Assembly (NCBI GenBank): GCA_013343275.1 | Contig: CP046106.1 | Coordinates: 736,001 to 800,000, forward strand | Direction of reading: 5' to 3' | Length of the DNA stretch: 64,000 bases | Origin: Candidatus Nanohaloarchaea archaeon | GTDB taxonomy: Archaea > Nanohalarchaeota > Nanosalinia > Nanosalinales > Nanosalinaceae | Shown: piece by piece, positions 38,411 through 48,205 of the stretch | Numbering within the stretch: position 1 is the first letter of the stretch | Layout of the letters: every line of letters begins with the position of its first letter | Translations under genes and position numbers: made by a program | Notes under the pieces: generated by a model | The model's database searches: none | Seen by the model: the letters and a program-made list of their open reading frames with translations, nothing else | What the model was told of the DNA's origin: nothing

Positions 38411-39991
38411 ATGGTTCAGTGGAAAGGCGAAATAAGTAAAGAGAAATCCGGCCGGAAAGCCGCACTTCTAGACCAGGTTTCCGGACTGAACGTACCTAAC
38501 TTCTTCACACTCACAAAGAAAGATGTAGAAACACTTGTAGGTGATGCACAGGATCCTGAACAGGTACTCAACACCAATCTATCCTCAGATATTATAGATG
38601 AGATAAGATCGGCGTACAAACAGATAGGGATGAGCTCAGAGGTCAGAGAGGCCTCTGGGAAGGCAAAAAGCCTGGTAGGAGGCCAGAGAGATACCGGTCG
38701 CGTTGCCATAAGAGTTTCAAACGATACACGCGGAATATACGACTACAAACTGAACGTAGGCCTTTCCAACATTGAGAACGCTTTGAAGAAAGTGATCTCA
38801 TCGTACTACAGGAAAAACGACAGTGGTTCTCCGGCTATAATAGTGCAGAAAATGGTGGAGCCAGGTCATACTGGCGCTGCAATAAATGGATATCTGGGCA
38901 ACTACACGCTGGTTGAATCAGTGGAAGGCCTGGGGATTTCTCTTGAAGAGGGTATTACGTCTCCAGAGACCTATCTTGTCGGCAACAATGAAGTGATCGA
39001 CGATAACGCGCCGGAATCGCAGATAAAAATTACCAGAAACCCGATGAACGGCCAGCACAGGAGGAAGAGGACGGGAGGTGACTCTACTTCCATACCGCAC
39101 TCCAAGATAACTGAGATGTGCGAGGAACTGGCTGACAACAACTACAGCATAAAGTTCGTGTACAAGAGAGGCACTTTCTACGTAGTGGATGTCTTCCAGA
39201 CGGAAAAGGACTACAACCCGTTCGAATCAAACAAGCCATCGCTCAACGCAGTCAGGGTCAGCCCTGGAAAGATAGAGGGCAGAGTAGGCAGAGATATCAG
39301 ATTCTCCGAGCAGACACATCCGCCCGAGTCCTACAGCAAGGCCCTTATCGCAAGGAAAGGAGGCTTTACCTCGACCGATGCACAGAAAGCGAGGAAGGAA
39401 GGAAAGCCGGCGATCTTCAACTACAGCGGCGAACTGGAAGAAGGCCAGAACCTGACAGTAGAGGAAGGTTCTGTAGAGATACAGCAGAGTAAGGGCCGCA
39501 GAAACAGTCGGGGCGGAAACCGCTCCCGCAGATCGACCTCGCGAGAAGAGAGGCCTAGAGAAGACAGTTCTTCACCTGCTTCACTGTCTGAAACAGTATC
39601 TGCTACAGAGGTCCTGCCGATCGATGGCAACGGCCGATCAGTCCATCTCTCACCTCCGTTCGGAGAAGGATACTCTGTAGGATACAGCGACAGGGAAGGT
39701 GCTGTCTCTTCCGAAGGATACCTCACAGAGTACTCCGAGGTGTTCGCATTCGATGGCAAAAAGGCAGTCCTCGATGCGCGGAAACTCTCTGACAGAGGCC
39801 TGGAAGAGGCTGTACGCTACCTGGACGCAGATCTGAAGATTCTTCTGGTCGAACAGCCAGATCAAGGCCTGGTAAGAGAAGCTGTACGGCAGAGATTTGA
39901 TGTAATTGCCTCGCAGATAGATCTGGATACGCTGGAGAAAGCAGTTCTGCGTGAGGAGAAGAAGTTCATCATGGATAATCTTGCTGATTAA
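38411..39991 (+). CDS. Degenerate PEP synthase/PPDK-like protein
   Basis: GRKAALL, LNVPNFF, VAIR, IIVQKMV, GLGISL..G, GGFTSTDAQKARKEGKPAI. Confidence 0.75.
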   Translation: MVQWKGEISKEKSGRKAALLDQVSGLNVPNFFTLTKKDVETLVGDAQDPEQVLNTNLSSDIIDEIRSAYKQIGMSSEVREASGKAKSLVGGQRDTGRVAIRVSNDTRGIYDYKLNVGLSNIENALKKVISSYYRKNDSGSPAIIVQKMVEPGHTGAAINGYLGNYTLVESVEGLGISLEEGITSPETYLVGNNEVIDDNAPESQIKITRNPMNGQHRRKRTGGDSTSIPHSKITEMCEELADNNYSIKFVYKRGTFYVVDVFQTEKDYNPFESNKPSLNAVRVSPGKIEGRVGRDIRFSEQTHPPESYSKALIARKGGFTSTDAQKARKEGKPAIFNYSGELEEGQNLTVEEGSVEIQQSKGRRNSRGGNRSRRSTSREERPREDSSSPASLSETVSATEVLPIDGNGRSVHLSPPFGEGYSVGYSDREGAVSSEGYLTEYSEVFAFDGKKAVLDARKLSDRGLEEAVRYLDADLKILLVEQPDQGLVREAVRQRFDVIASQIDLDTLEKAVLREEKKFIMDNLAD

Positions 39992-40017
39992 AAAGAATTC
40001 GCTCTCATTCAAACTAT

Positions 40018-41028
40018 ATGACAGAAGAAAAATCCGAGGCCGAACGCAACCAGTGGAACTACGAATCAATCGAAGAAATTCTCGAAGCAATTGAAGACAA
40101 GGATCACGAAAAGATTGGTCTACAGGGCCCTGACGGCATCAAGCCTCAGATAATTGAATACGCACAGAAGCTTGAGGAAAGAGGTTACGAAACAGTAATT
40201 ATCGGGGCCTCGACATTCGGAGCGTGCGGAATTGCCGATGAGAAAGCCGAGAGAATGGGTGCCGACGCACTGATCCACGTAGGCCACACACGTTTCCTGC
40301 ACCCTGAGAAGGCCGACATGGACGATATCAATGTTTACTACCTTCCTTACCGGGAGGATCGAGATCTCATGAGCGTTCTGAAGAACCACTACGACGAGAT
40401 AGATGAAGACGAAAAGATCGGTCTGGTAGGAGTCACACAGTACATGGACAGAGCGGAAGAAGCCCGAGAGTTCCTGGAAGAGAAGGGATATGAAGTTGTA
40501 GAAGGCAAGACAGGCCTGAGAACTACTGAGGTCGGCCAGGTGCTTGGATGCGATGCAGGAGCAGCCCACAATATTTCTCACAAGGTTGATGCGTTCGTAT
40601 TCTTGGGATCAGGCCATTTCCATCCTTCACAGGTTTCCGAGACGGGGAAGAAGGTCTATGTAGTCGATCCTTACGAAGAGCATATCTGGGTTGAACCAGC
40701 GAACTCTCTGGACGATGAGAAGAGGGCGGAGTACGCACGTGTAATGAAGCACAAGGACAAGAAGAAATGGGGTATCGTAACCTCCAGCAAGAAAGGCCAG
40801 AACTATCAGCAGGCAGTCCAGATCGCAAAAGAGAAGCTGGAGAAGCATGGAAAAGATGTCTACGTATTTGTAGAGGACAGGATCTTTGAATCCGACTACA
40901 AAGGCTTCGGAATCGACATCTACGTAAACTGTGCCTGTCCAAGAATGACAAAAGACTGGCAGGACCTCGCATTCGTATCAACACAGGCCCTCGATGTTCT
41001 TGACGAAGCGGAAATCAACCACGACTGA
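40018..41028 (+). CDS. dph2: Diphthamide biosynthesis enzyme Dph2
   Basis: LQGPDG, FGACG, HVGH, GQVLGCD, GHFH, KKGQ, ACPR. Confidence 0.95.
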   Translation: MTEEKSEAERNQWNYESIEEILEAIEDKDHEKIGLQGPDGIKPQIIEYAQKLEERGYETVIIGASTFGACGIADEKAERMGADALIHVGHTRFLHPEKADMDDINVYYLPYREDRDLMSVLKNHYDEIDEDEKIGLVGVTQYMDRAEEAREFLEEKGYEVVEGKTGLRTTEVGQVLGCDAGAAHNISHKVDAFVFLGSGHFHPSQVSETGKKVYVVDPYEEHIWVEPANSLDDEKRAEYARVMKHKDKKKWGIVTSSKKGQNYQQAVQIAKEKLEKHGKDVYVFVEDRIFESDYKGFGIDIYVNCACPRMTKDWQDLAFVSTQALDVLDEAEINHD

Positions 41029-41076
41029 GCTCTCCCGACAGAGATAAAAAGCTTATTTGTTATCTTTTAGTCATAA

Positions 41077-41741
41077 ATGTCTTTTCTCGGGGTTGGTTAC
41101 GGCGACAGGTTTAACGGCCAGCACAAGACTGTGTTCAGGAACAGAGATGAGCTGATATACACTGCCAATCCGGACGATCCGATGTCTGTCATCGGCGATG
41201 AGGAATGGTATGATGAGGCCGCGCTTCAGGTAGAGGTCTGGGAGCACAATATAGACAGCCTTCAGGACGCAGGCCTCCCTCTCACCTTCCATGATATGAG
41301 CCTGATATGATGTTCTACGAGGTAGATGACGACAGGATAGATGGCAAGCTCATGGCGCCCGCAGTAAGAGTGCAGGACTACCAGTGGGTTGAACCCTACG
41401 ACAAACAGACAAGTTTTGAGGAAATCAGCGACAGCGAGGAACAGCAGATCAGATGGATGCAGGAAACACTAGACGAACTGATAGAAGATGGAGAGATCGC
41501 AGTACAGGAAAGAGAACTGGCAGAAAACGACTACCGGGGCCCGGGCTGTCTGAGACAGTGGGGCAGAACCGAAGACAGAAAGGTGTATCTTCTGGAATTC
41601 GGAGAGTTCCACAACCAGCTAGAAGGCCCGTACACTGGAGAACAATTCCTCGAGGAACACGAGATAGAAAGAAAGAAGCACGGAGTCAGATCGCCAATAA
41701 TGCTGGGAGACATGCCCGGGTTCTCGTGGAAAAGAGACTAG
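41077..41741 (+). pseudogene. Kinase-like orphan split into 41077-41310 and 41307-41741 (possible 1-nt frameshift)
   Basis: N-half GQHKTVF; C-half QWGRTEDRKVYLLEFGEF; second frame open from 41295; one added base gives a 221-aa ORF. Confidence 0.5.
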
Positions 41742-41790
41742 GTCTTTCTACACCACAACCTTTTTATGTTGTCATGAGTAAGTAACAACT

Positions 41791-42540
41791 ATGAGTTCTG
41801 ATGTTTTCAAACCTGTAAACGAGATGCTCTCGGGGGAGAGGGAACTACGTGAATGGGCCGATGAGAACGGCCAGAGAGTAGGAGCCAACGCTGACGAAAT
41901 GTCTGTCGGCGAGATCGATGGTGAGAGATACTTTGTCAAACAGGACCTGCCTGAGGCCGAGAAAGCGGCACACCTTGCTGCAGCGCCACTGATGGAGCAA
42001 CTGGATAGAGCACCGGAGATACTTTACGATACTGAAACAGAAGAGGTAGCAATATCTGAGCTCGGTGAGAATGCCAGGCCTCCTAACTCTGCACTTTTAT
42101 CGGATGAACTTTACAGTCCTGTAGCATCTGTAGATGAAGAATCCTTCTATGAAGTCGCGGCCCAGAGATGGATGCTCGGCGACTCAAACGTATACGACAA
42201 CATGCTGGTTGAATCAGTAAGTCCACGAAGCCTGATGCCTGGAGAAGAAAGAGAAGTATACCTACATGACTTCGACCACGCCGGTAAACACAGCAGTAGA
42301 GGCCGTATAAGAGGATTTAGAGAGGCCTTCGAATATGTGGCAGAAAAACTCGATATAGATTACAGCCACCGCAGACTCAAGAAAGAGATAGGAGAGCTAG
42401 GAGATCAGCTGAATGCTGAGGCCTACGAGCAGAGAGTAGATGAGATGGAGGAAGGCCTGAGAGATGATCTCTACGGTAGAGTCCAGGAGCACAGCCAGAA
42501 AATCGCTGATAATATTCGACGTGCCGAAGAGGTGTTCTAG
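41791..42540 (+). CDS. HipA/PI3K-like kinase-fold protein (divergent)
   Basis: DGERYFVKQD, WMLGDSNVYDNML, VYLHDFDHAG. Confidence 0.6.
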   Translation: MSSDVFKPVNEMLSGERELREWADENGQRVGANADEMSVGEIDGERYFVKQDLPEAEKAAHLAAAPLMEQLDRAPEILYDTETEEVAISELGENARPPNSALLSDELYSPVASVDEESFYEVAAQRWMLGDSNVYDNMLVESVSPRSLMPGEEREVYLHDFDHAGKHSSRGRIRGFREAFEYVAEKLDIDYSHRRLKKEIGELGDQLNAEAYEQRVDEMEEGLRDDLYGRVQEHSQKIADNIRRAEEVF

Positions 42541-43484
42541 ATGGTAGGAACGCCTCAAAGCAAGAAGACACGATTCGGAAAAGTACCGGATTTCTACAAG
42601 GCCAGCAATGAACTGGATGAAGAGGAGGTCGGAGAACTGGTCGAGGATATCGCTGACTATGAAAACGGTGTTTATAGTGGTGCACAGGAAGTAGCACGAG
42701 CGTTCCACGAAGACGATGCGGAGAGATACAACCGTAATCAGATGCTCGTACGTGAAACAGCTAAACAGCAAGTCGATAAACACAGCCAGCCTGACTGGGC
42801 CTGGAGCCTGCTCTCCGTTTACTCTGAGGACATGGGCACCAAACTACTTGACGTCCCGAGCGACGGCTCGAGCAAAGGCCTTCTGGTAGATGAAGAATTT
42901 GAAACAGCATTTCTGTACCCTAAAAAGGCAGACGGGATATCTGCGTAGATCATGTTCGCAGATGGTATGACAACGGTGTAAATGCACAGGATATAGGTTA
43001 TGAACTGCCTGCAGAGGACCTGGTGAGGACAGCACTCGATATAGGAGAAGAAACCGGAGTTCCTGTCCTGGCAATGGATTACAACGCGGATATGGTTATC
43101 GACTCCAAAATAAGCGATTTCATCGAGGAGAATACTGGCCTAGAGCTACAGGACAGGGACAACTGGGTTAAGGACCAGCAACCTTCTAGAAGAGAGTACC
43201 TTGAATCTAAAGAGGTTGAAAACGTAGATGACTGGGTTACAGGCCTCGAATTCCTGATAGACAACGATTACCTGGAGAACTGGGGTGCTGTCGAGTACAG
43301 GAAAGGCAGAGACAATACCGCTATAGATCCTGAAACCGGAGAACGTATAATAGTGGATCTCGGCGAGTACAGGGTTAAAGATGATGAAGACAGCGATGAT
43401 TTCGATCCGGATCCAAATATGTCTTCAAGCTCAATGTCACAGGAACTAACACCTTCAAGGAGCGATTCTCCAGAAGGCTACTAG
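42541..43484 (+). pseudogene. Kinase-like orphan split by -1 frameshift at ~42922-42926 (ORFs 42541-42948 and 43023-43484)
   Basis: Downstream frame open from 42924 across the junction at CCTAAAAAGG; DGSSKG loop, EYRKGRDNTAID, IIVDLGEY; one added A gives 314 aa. Confidence 0.6.
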
Positions 43485-43485
43485 C

Positions 43486-44679
43486 TTACTCCCAGAAACT
43501 TTTCTCCAGCAAGGCCGCTCTATCCTCAAACTCTTCCTTGTCGTGGATAAGTTCCTTGATCTTCTCCTGGCCTTTCGTATAGCCTATCATAACGGCGCCA
43601 ACCAGGCGATCGCCATCGAAGAACAGTCTGCGGTACTCGTCCTCAGAGTACTTCTTCGAAAGGCCTTCACCACTCCAGTCGCCGATCGCAAGGAACTGGA
43701 CATTGAAATGGCCTACACCATAAGTATTCACGTAATCAAACTCTTCATTCTGGCCGAGCATATTCTTCCCTGCTGTTTTTCCCATGGCCTCGCTGTGATC
43801 CCAGGAACCTTTCACAGTCCGCTCCTCGAAGATCGGAGAATAATACTCGACCATGTTTCCTGCCGCATAGATATCATCGTCCGAAGTCTGAAGGTATTCA
43901 TCTGCCTTGATAAGGCCTCTATCAGTCTTCTCCACGTCTACAAGATCAGAGTTAGGAGTCTGACCGATCGCAACTGCCACGTTATCGCAATTGAAGGATT
44001 CTCCTGATTTAGTGACTGCGGCAGTAATTCTGCCGTCTTCAGCCTCTAGATCAGCTACTTCTGTATCTGTAACAATATTAATTCCAAGATCTTCCAACTT
44101 CTCGTGGATAATCTCCGCACCTTCCTGATCGAGGCCTCTGTGCCACCAGCATTCGTCCTTAATCAGGTAATGAGTATCTGCACCGTTCTCGGCAAAAGCA
44201 ACGGCCAGATCAATACCAAGCAAACCGCCACCTATCACAACGGCCTCTTCAGAGCCCTCAGCAGCATTCTTGATGCTCTCAGCGTCATGCATAGTCCACA
44301 TGTAATGCACGTTATCGTAGCCTTCATCAGCAGGAAGTTTCCGCGGTGAACCCCCGGTAGCAACCAAAAGCTTCTCATATGAAAACTCTTCGCCACCTTC
44401 CACCTTCACAACTTTCTCATCCCTGTCAACAGAGGAGGCCCGAGTCTCCAGATGCAGCTCTATATCCCGATCCTCGTACCAGTCCTCGTCATGCACCTGG
44501 GTGTACTGCTTCGGCAAAGTACCTTTCATGAAGTTCTTCAACATAATCCTGTTATACAGGGCCTCATCCTCATCAGTCAGAACTGTAATAGAGGCCTCTT
44601 CGTCTTCGTTTCTAATTGTTTCAGCGGCTGTAGCACCTGCGTTACCGTCTCCGATTATCAGGAATTTCGACTGTTTCAT
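43486..44679 (-). CDS. NAD(P)/FAD-dependent oxidoreductase (ferredoxin/rubredoxin reductase-like)
   Basis: IIGDGNAG, LLVATG, VIGGGLLG, DIYAAGN; start refined to MKQSKF. Confidence 0.9.
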   Translation of the reverse strand: MKQSKFLIIGDGNAGATAAETIRNEDEEASITVLTDEDEALYNRIMLKNFMKGTLPKQYTQVHDEDWYEDRDIELHLETRASSVDRDEKVVKVEGGEEFSYEKLLVATGGSPRKLPADEGYDNVHYMWTMHDAESIKNAAEGSEEAVVIGGGLLGIDLAVAFAENGADTHYLIKDECWWHRGLDQEGAEIIHEKLEDLGINIVTDTEVADLEAEDGRITAAVTKSGESFNCDNVAVAIGQTPNSDLVDVEKTDRGLIKADEYLQTSDDDIYAAGNMVEYYSPIFEERTVKGSWDHSEAMGKTAGKNMLGQNEEFDYVNTYGVGHFNVQFLAIGDWSGEGLSKKYSEDEYRRLFFDGDRLVGAVMIGYTKGQEKIKELIHDKEEFEDRAALLEKSFWE

Positions 44680-44731
44680 ACATGAAAAATCCTGCTTCAA
44701 ACTTTAAACCTGCTTCCAAAAATACTTCTCC

Positions 44732-45478
44732 ATGAACCTGCTGCTGCCGGCCACGATACTCCTTCTCGGAGGCCTGGTAAAAGGCCTCAACGGCTTCGGC
44801 TACGCAGTAGTATCCACAACACTCCTCACCACAGTAATGCCCGCACAGCAAGCCGTAGCAACTATGATAATACCATTGATACTGGCCAACATACAGCTGC
44901 TATCACAGGCAACAGTACAGGAGATAAAGGCCTGCATACAGAGATTCGCTCCCTACCTGATCACATCGATAGCAGGAGTACTGGCAGGAACACTGCTAAT
45001 AGACACGATACCGCAGAAACTGCTCGCAAAGACAATAGGCCTCCTGACACTCCTCTTCGTAGCCTCCAAGATAGATCCCATATCAGATCTTTTTCACACA
45101 GGCCTCGAATTCTGCGCGGAAAACCCCAAGATAGAGCCGCTGCTAGGCCTCTTATCTGGAACAGTATTTGGCACATCAAACATAGGCGTACCCTTCATCG
45201 CATACTTCCAGCAAATAGGCCTAGAAAAGAAAAAGTTCGCAACAATGATCGCACTCACAGTACTACTCACCTCAGCAATCAGAATACCTCTCTCCGCATA
45301 CCTAGGAATGTACTCAGGCCCACAGAACATAATAATCTCGGCCCTACTAGCAATACCAGGACTAGCAGGAGTATACACCGGAGAAAAACTCTCAGAGAAA
45401 CTACCGGACAGACACATCTACAGGGCCTCACTGCTGCTTATGACAGTCATAGGGTTCAAACTTCTCGGGACCTTTTAG
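44732..45478 (+). CDS. TauE/SafE family exporter
   Basis: GGLVKGLNGFGYA; multiple TM. Confidence 0.85.
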   Translation: MNLLLPATILLLGGLVKGLNGFGYAVVSTTLLTTVMPAQQAVATMIIPLILANIQLLSQATVQEIKACIQRFAPYLITSIAGVLAGTLLIDTIPQKLLAKTIGLLTLLFVASKIDPISDLFHTGLEFCAENPKIEPLLGLLSGTVFGTSNIGVPFIAYFQQIGLEKKKFATMIALTVLLTSAIRIPLSAYLGMYSGPQNIIISALLAIPGLAGVYTGEKLSEKLPDRHIYRASLLLMTVIGFKLLGTF

Positions 45479-45625
45479 TGTGGACTGCATCCGGCTGAAA
45501 ATCTCGCTACATAAGGTGTTAAAAAATTCACTGTCTACTTAGTTTCTACGTTCCTACCAACACATGTTGGTAAATCAAGGGTACGAAGATCGGTTTGATC
45601 TTCTGACCTCGGCAAGTACATATTT

Positions 45626-45700
45626 GCGGAGCTGGTGTAGTCTGGCCCATCATTTCACCCTGTCACGGTGAAGACGCGGGTTCAAATCCCGCGCTCCGCG
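45626..45700 (+). tRNA. tRNA-Asp(GTC)
   Basis: Acceptor GCGGAGC/GCTCCGC, anticodon arm TCACC-CTGTCAC-GGTGA, GGTTCAAATCC. Confidence 0.94.
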
Positions 45701-45721
45701 CTCTAACGTTTTCTAAAAGCT

Positions 45722-46006
45722 TTAAATATTATAAAATGCTTTTATACTCTTTTTTTTTGGCCTTGGTCTAATTTTGTTTGATGGATAGAAATTGCCATCG
45801 CCGGCGAATATTCTGCATAGCTCGCCTATTACTTCTTCATCTTTGGGGATCTGAAGGGAGTTTTCTTTCTGCTTCTGACCGGCCTCTTTCCTGAAGTGGT
45901 AGTAGACAGTCGACTTTGGAAGGTCTAGTCTTTCCTTTATAGAGTTGACAGAATCTCCTTGTACAGCAAGAGATTTTATCTCATTAATCTGGCTCTCTGA
46001 GGCCAT
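45722..46006 (-). pseudogene. Truncated HTH + LAGLIDADG endonuclease-like remnant
   Basis: LDLPKSTVYYH HTH, then ELCRIFAGDG (first LAGLIDADG helix); ORF ends shortly after. Confidence 0.6.
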
Positions 46007-46093
46007 TAAAACTGTTATTGTCTTCTACAGGTTTAATGTTGGCGACTGCACAGGACCACGCAAAGTAATTAAAACAAGCATGAATCAACCAAT

Positions 46094-48199
46094 ATGTATA
46101 TGATCGTAGGCGGTTACCAGATCAGCAATATTCTAATCGCGGCCCTTCTTGTATCTTCAGTAGCAGGACTAGGAGTATCGACAGATTCCTTCTCAGGTAT
46201 AACTGATTCAATGTCCAATATACTGCCCACAGGCTCTGTGGATTCTGGCAACCAGACAGATCAGAACAATACCAACAGCCAGGGAGATTCAGATCAAAAT
46301 ACGGGAGGCCAGGACTCTGATCAAAACAACCAAGGTTCGGGAGATGGTTCTTCTGGAGATAATACTGATACAGGCCAAAATACTGGATCAGATAATGATA
46401 CTGGAACCGGAACTCCTACTGACGGCAATAATACGCAGGATGTAGTTAACGAGACAGAACAAACTGTAAACGAGACAACAGGAAACCAGACAGATGGGAC
46501 TGTAACCAATGAGACAGAACAAACTACGGGGGATAATCAGACAACTACTGATGGAAACGAGACCAACACGGATACTTCTGATCATATTAGCTTCTTCGAG
46601 CCGTCAGAAGGCTACGAACTAAATACTTCATCTCTTCCTGCATCTTTCTCCTTGCTAGCTTCTATTAGCGCCTCCAATGCCAGTTACGAAGTTAGAATGG
46701 AGGGTTCCATCCGTTTATCAGGGCAATTAGATGGTGATAAAACGCTGGATAAAAGCTTGCAGGTAGACTCTGAAGGACAGCACACCTTAGATATAATTTT
46801 GTTCAAAGATGGAAGTCAGCTAGCGAAGGAATCTCGAACGTTTACCGTAAACCTTGATGGCAGCTCAACAACCACAACAGGGTTCTACATTCCTGGCAAT
46901 CTAACGGCTGAAGAATATTCTACTCTAACCTTATACGATGAAAACGGAAATACTGTAAGCGGCAAGACAATATATCTTGACGGCAGCAGCATAGGAGAAA
47001 CAGACCAATACGGCCAACTAGAGTTCCTAGTACCTAACAAGCAAGAAATAACACTATCTACAGATTCGAGACAGAAAACATATCAGGTACATAACTACAC
47101 TGATTCAAGTATTGATCTGTCTCTTAGTTTCGCTAAAAAAGTATATCAGGGCAGAACTAACACTCTTACAGTAACAAATAATGGAGCGGCTGTTGAGAGC
47201 GCAGAAGTATACGCTAATGGTGTTCCAAAAGGTTCTACGAACTCTAGTGGTCAAGTCAAGTTCACTATACCAGAAGAAAGCTCGATTACAATTAAAGTAA
47301 ATAAGAATGGATCTTCTGATGATGAGACATTTACAGCAGAAGTACCTCCTATAGATGTGACGTTCTTGAACCCTGATAAAGGAGAGAGTATAGAGGACTA
47401 CAAACTGGAGTTCGACTTCAATGTCGAGCTTACTGAGTCAGGAACTGTAACTTTATCTGTAGAAGGATCACAAGTTCTCCAAAAGAGCTTAGGCGCTGGT
47501 AAGACTAAAATAACAAAAAAGATGGAATTTGTAAATTCTGGGACAAGACAGTACACTGTAACAGTAGACACATCATCCGAAACAAGAACTCATTCGAGAG
47601 AATTCACTACAACGCAAGACATGCCGCCTATAGATATCAATATTACTTCTCCAAATTCAGGTGAATCTATCAGCAACTACAAAACGACTGTTGATTACAG
47701 TATAAGATCTCCAGAAAGCTTCGACTACAAAGTGACTGTAGATGGAAGAGAACTAGTTGATCTAGGTTATCCGGATGGCCAGCTTTCCAAGACAACGCAG
47801 GCTAACTGTCTAGATTCAGGATCACACACTTTGACTGTAGAGGCGACAGGAGATCAGAGAGGAACTACCTACTCCGAATCCGTACAGTTTGACACTACTG
47901 AATCACACCCAATAGCTGACATGGTTATAAGTGGTCCTTCAGAAGGAGAAACGGTCAGTTCGCCGTTCTCGGTTAACTACACTGTCTTCACTTGCACAAG
48001 CATGAGTTTCGAATCAAGAATAGAACAAAGCGGCAGCACAGTCAAGACAGTACAGGGAGGAGGACAAACCCTAGGCGCTTACTCCTACATCAGATCCCCG
48101 ACAACAGAGTACGACCTTAGCTCAGGAAGCTACAGTCTGGTGCTCGAAGCCAATGCTGGAAGCACACTGACAAAATCAAACTCATTCGAGGTGAATTAG
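46094..48199 (+). CDS. Membrane-anchored surface protein, type A1 (low-complexity linker + Ig-like repeats)
   Basis: N-terminal hydrophobic helix, D/N/Q/T/G linker, repeats V.GA.V..NG...G.T...G...F..P. Confidence 0.85.
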   Translation: MYMIVGGYQISNILIAALLVSSVAGLGVSTDSFSGITDSMSNILPTGSVDSGNQTDQNNTNSQGDSDQNTGGQDSDQNNQGSGDGSSGDNTDTGQNTGSDNDTGTGTPTDGNNTQDVVNETEQTVNETTGNQTDGTVTNETEQTTGDNQTTTDGNETNTDTSDHISFFEPSEGYELNTSSLPASFSLLASISASNASYEVRMEGSIRLSGQLDGDKTLDKSLQVDSEGQHTLDIILFKDGSQLAKESRTFTVNLDGSSTTTTGFYIPGNLTAEEYSTLTLYDENGNTVSGKTIYLDGSSIGETDQYGQLEFLVPNKQEITLSTDSRQKTYQVHNYTDSSIDLSLSFAKKVYQGRTNTLTVTNNGAAVESAEVYANGVPKGSTNSSGQVKFTIPEESSITIKVNKNGSSDDETFTAEVPPIDVTFLNPDKGESIEDYKLEFDFNVELTESGTVTLSVEGSQVLQKSLGAGKTKITKKMEFVNSGTRQYTVTVDTSSETRTHSREFTTTQDMPPIDINITSPNSGESISNYKTTVDYSIRSPESFDYKVTVDGRELVDLGYPDGQLSKTTQANCLDSGSHTLTVEATGDQRGTTYSESVQFDTTESHPIADMVISGPSEGETVSSPFSVNYTVFTCTSMSFESRIEQSGSTVKTVQGGGQTLGAYSYIRSPTTEYDLSSGSYSLVLEANAGSTLTKSNSFEVN

Positions 48200-48205
48200 T
48201 TTCCG

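Noticed and set aside
42538-42543. In-frame TAG-ATG junction as amber readthrough fusion
   Set aside because: Abutting genes are common in this compact genome; no pyl genes or readthrough signal are visible.
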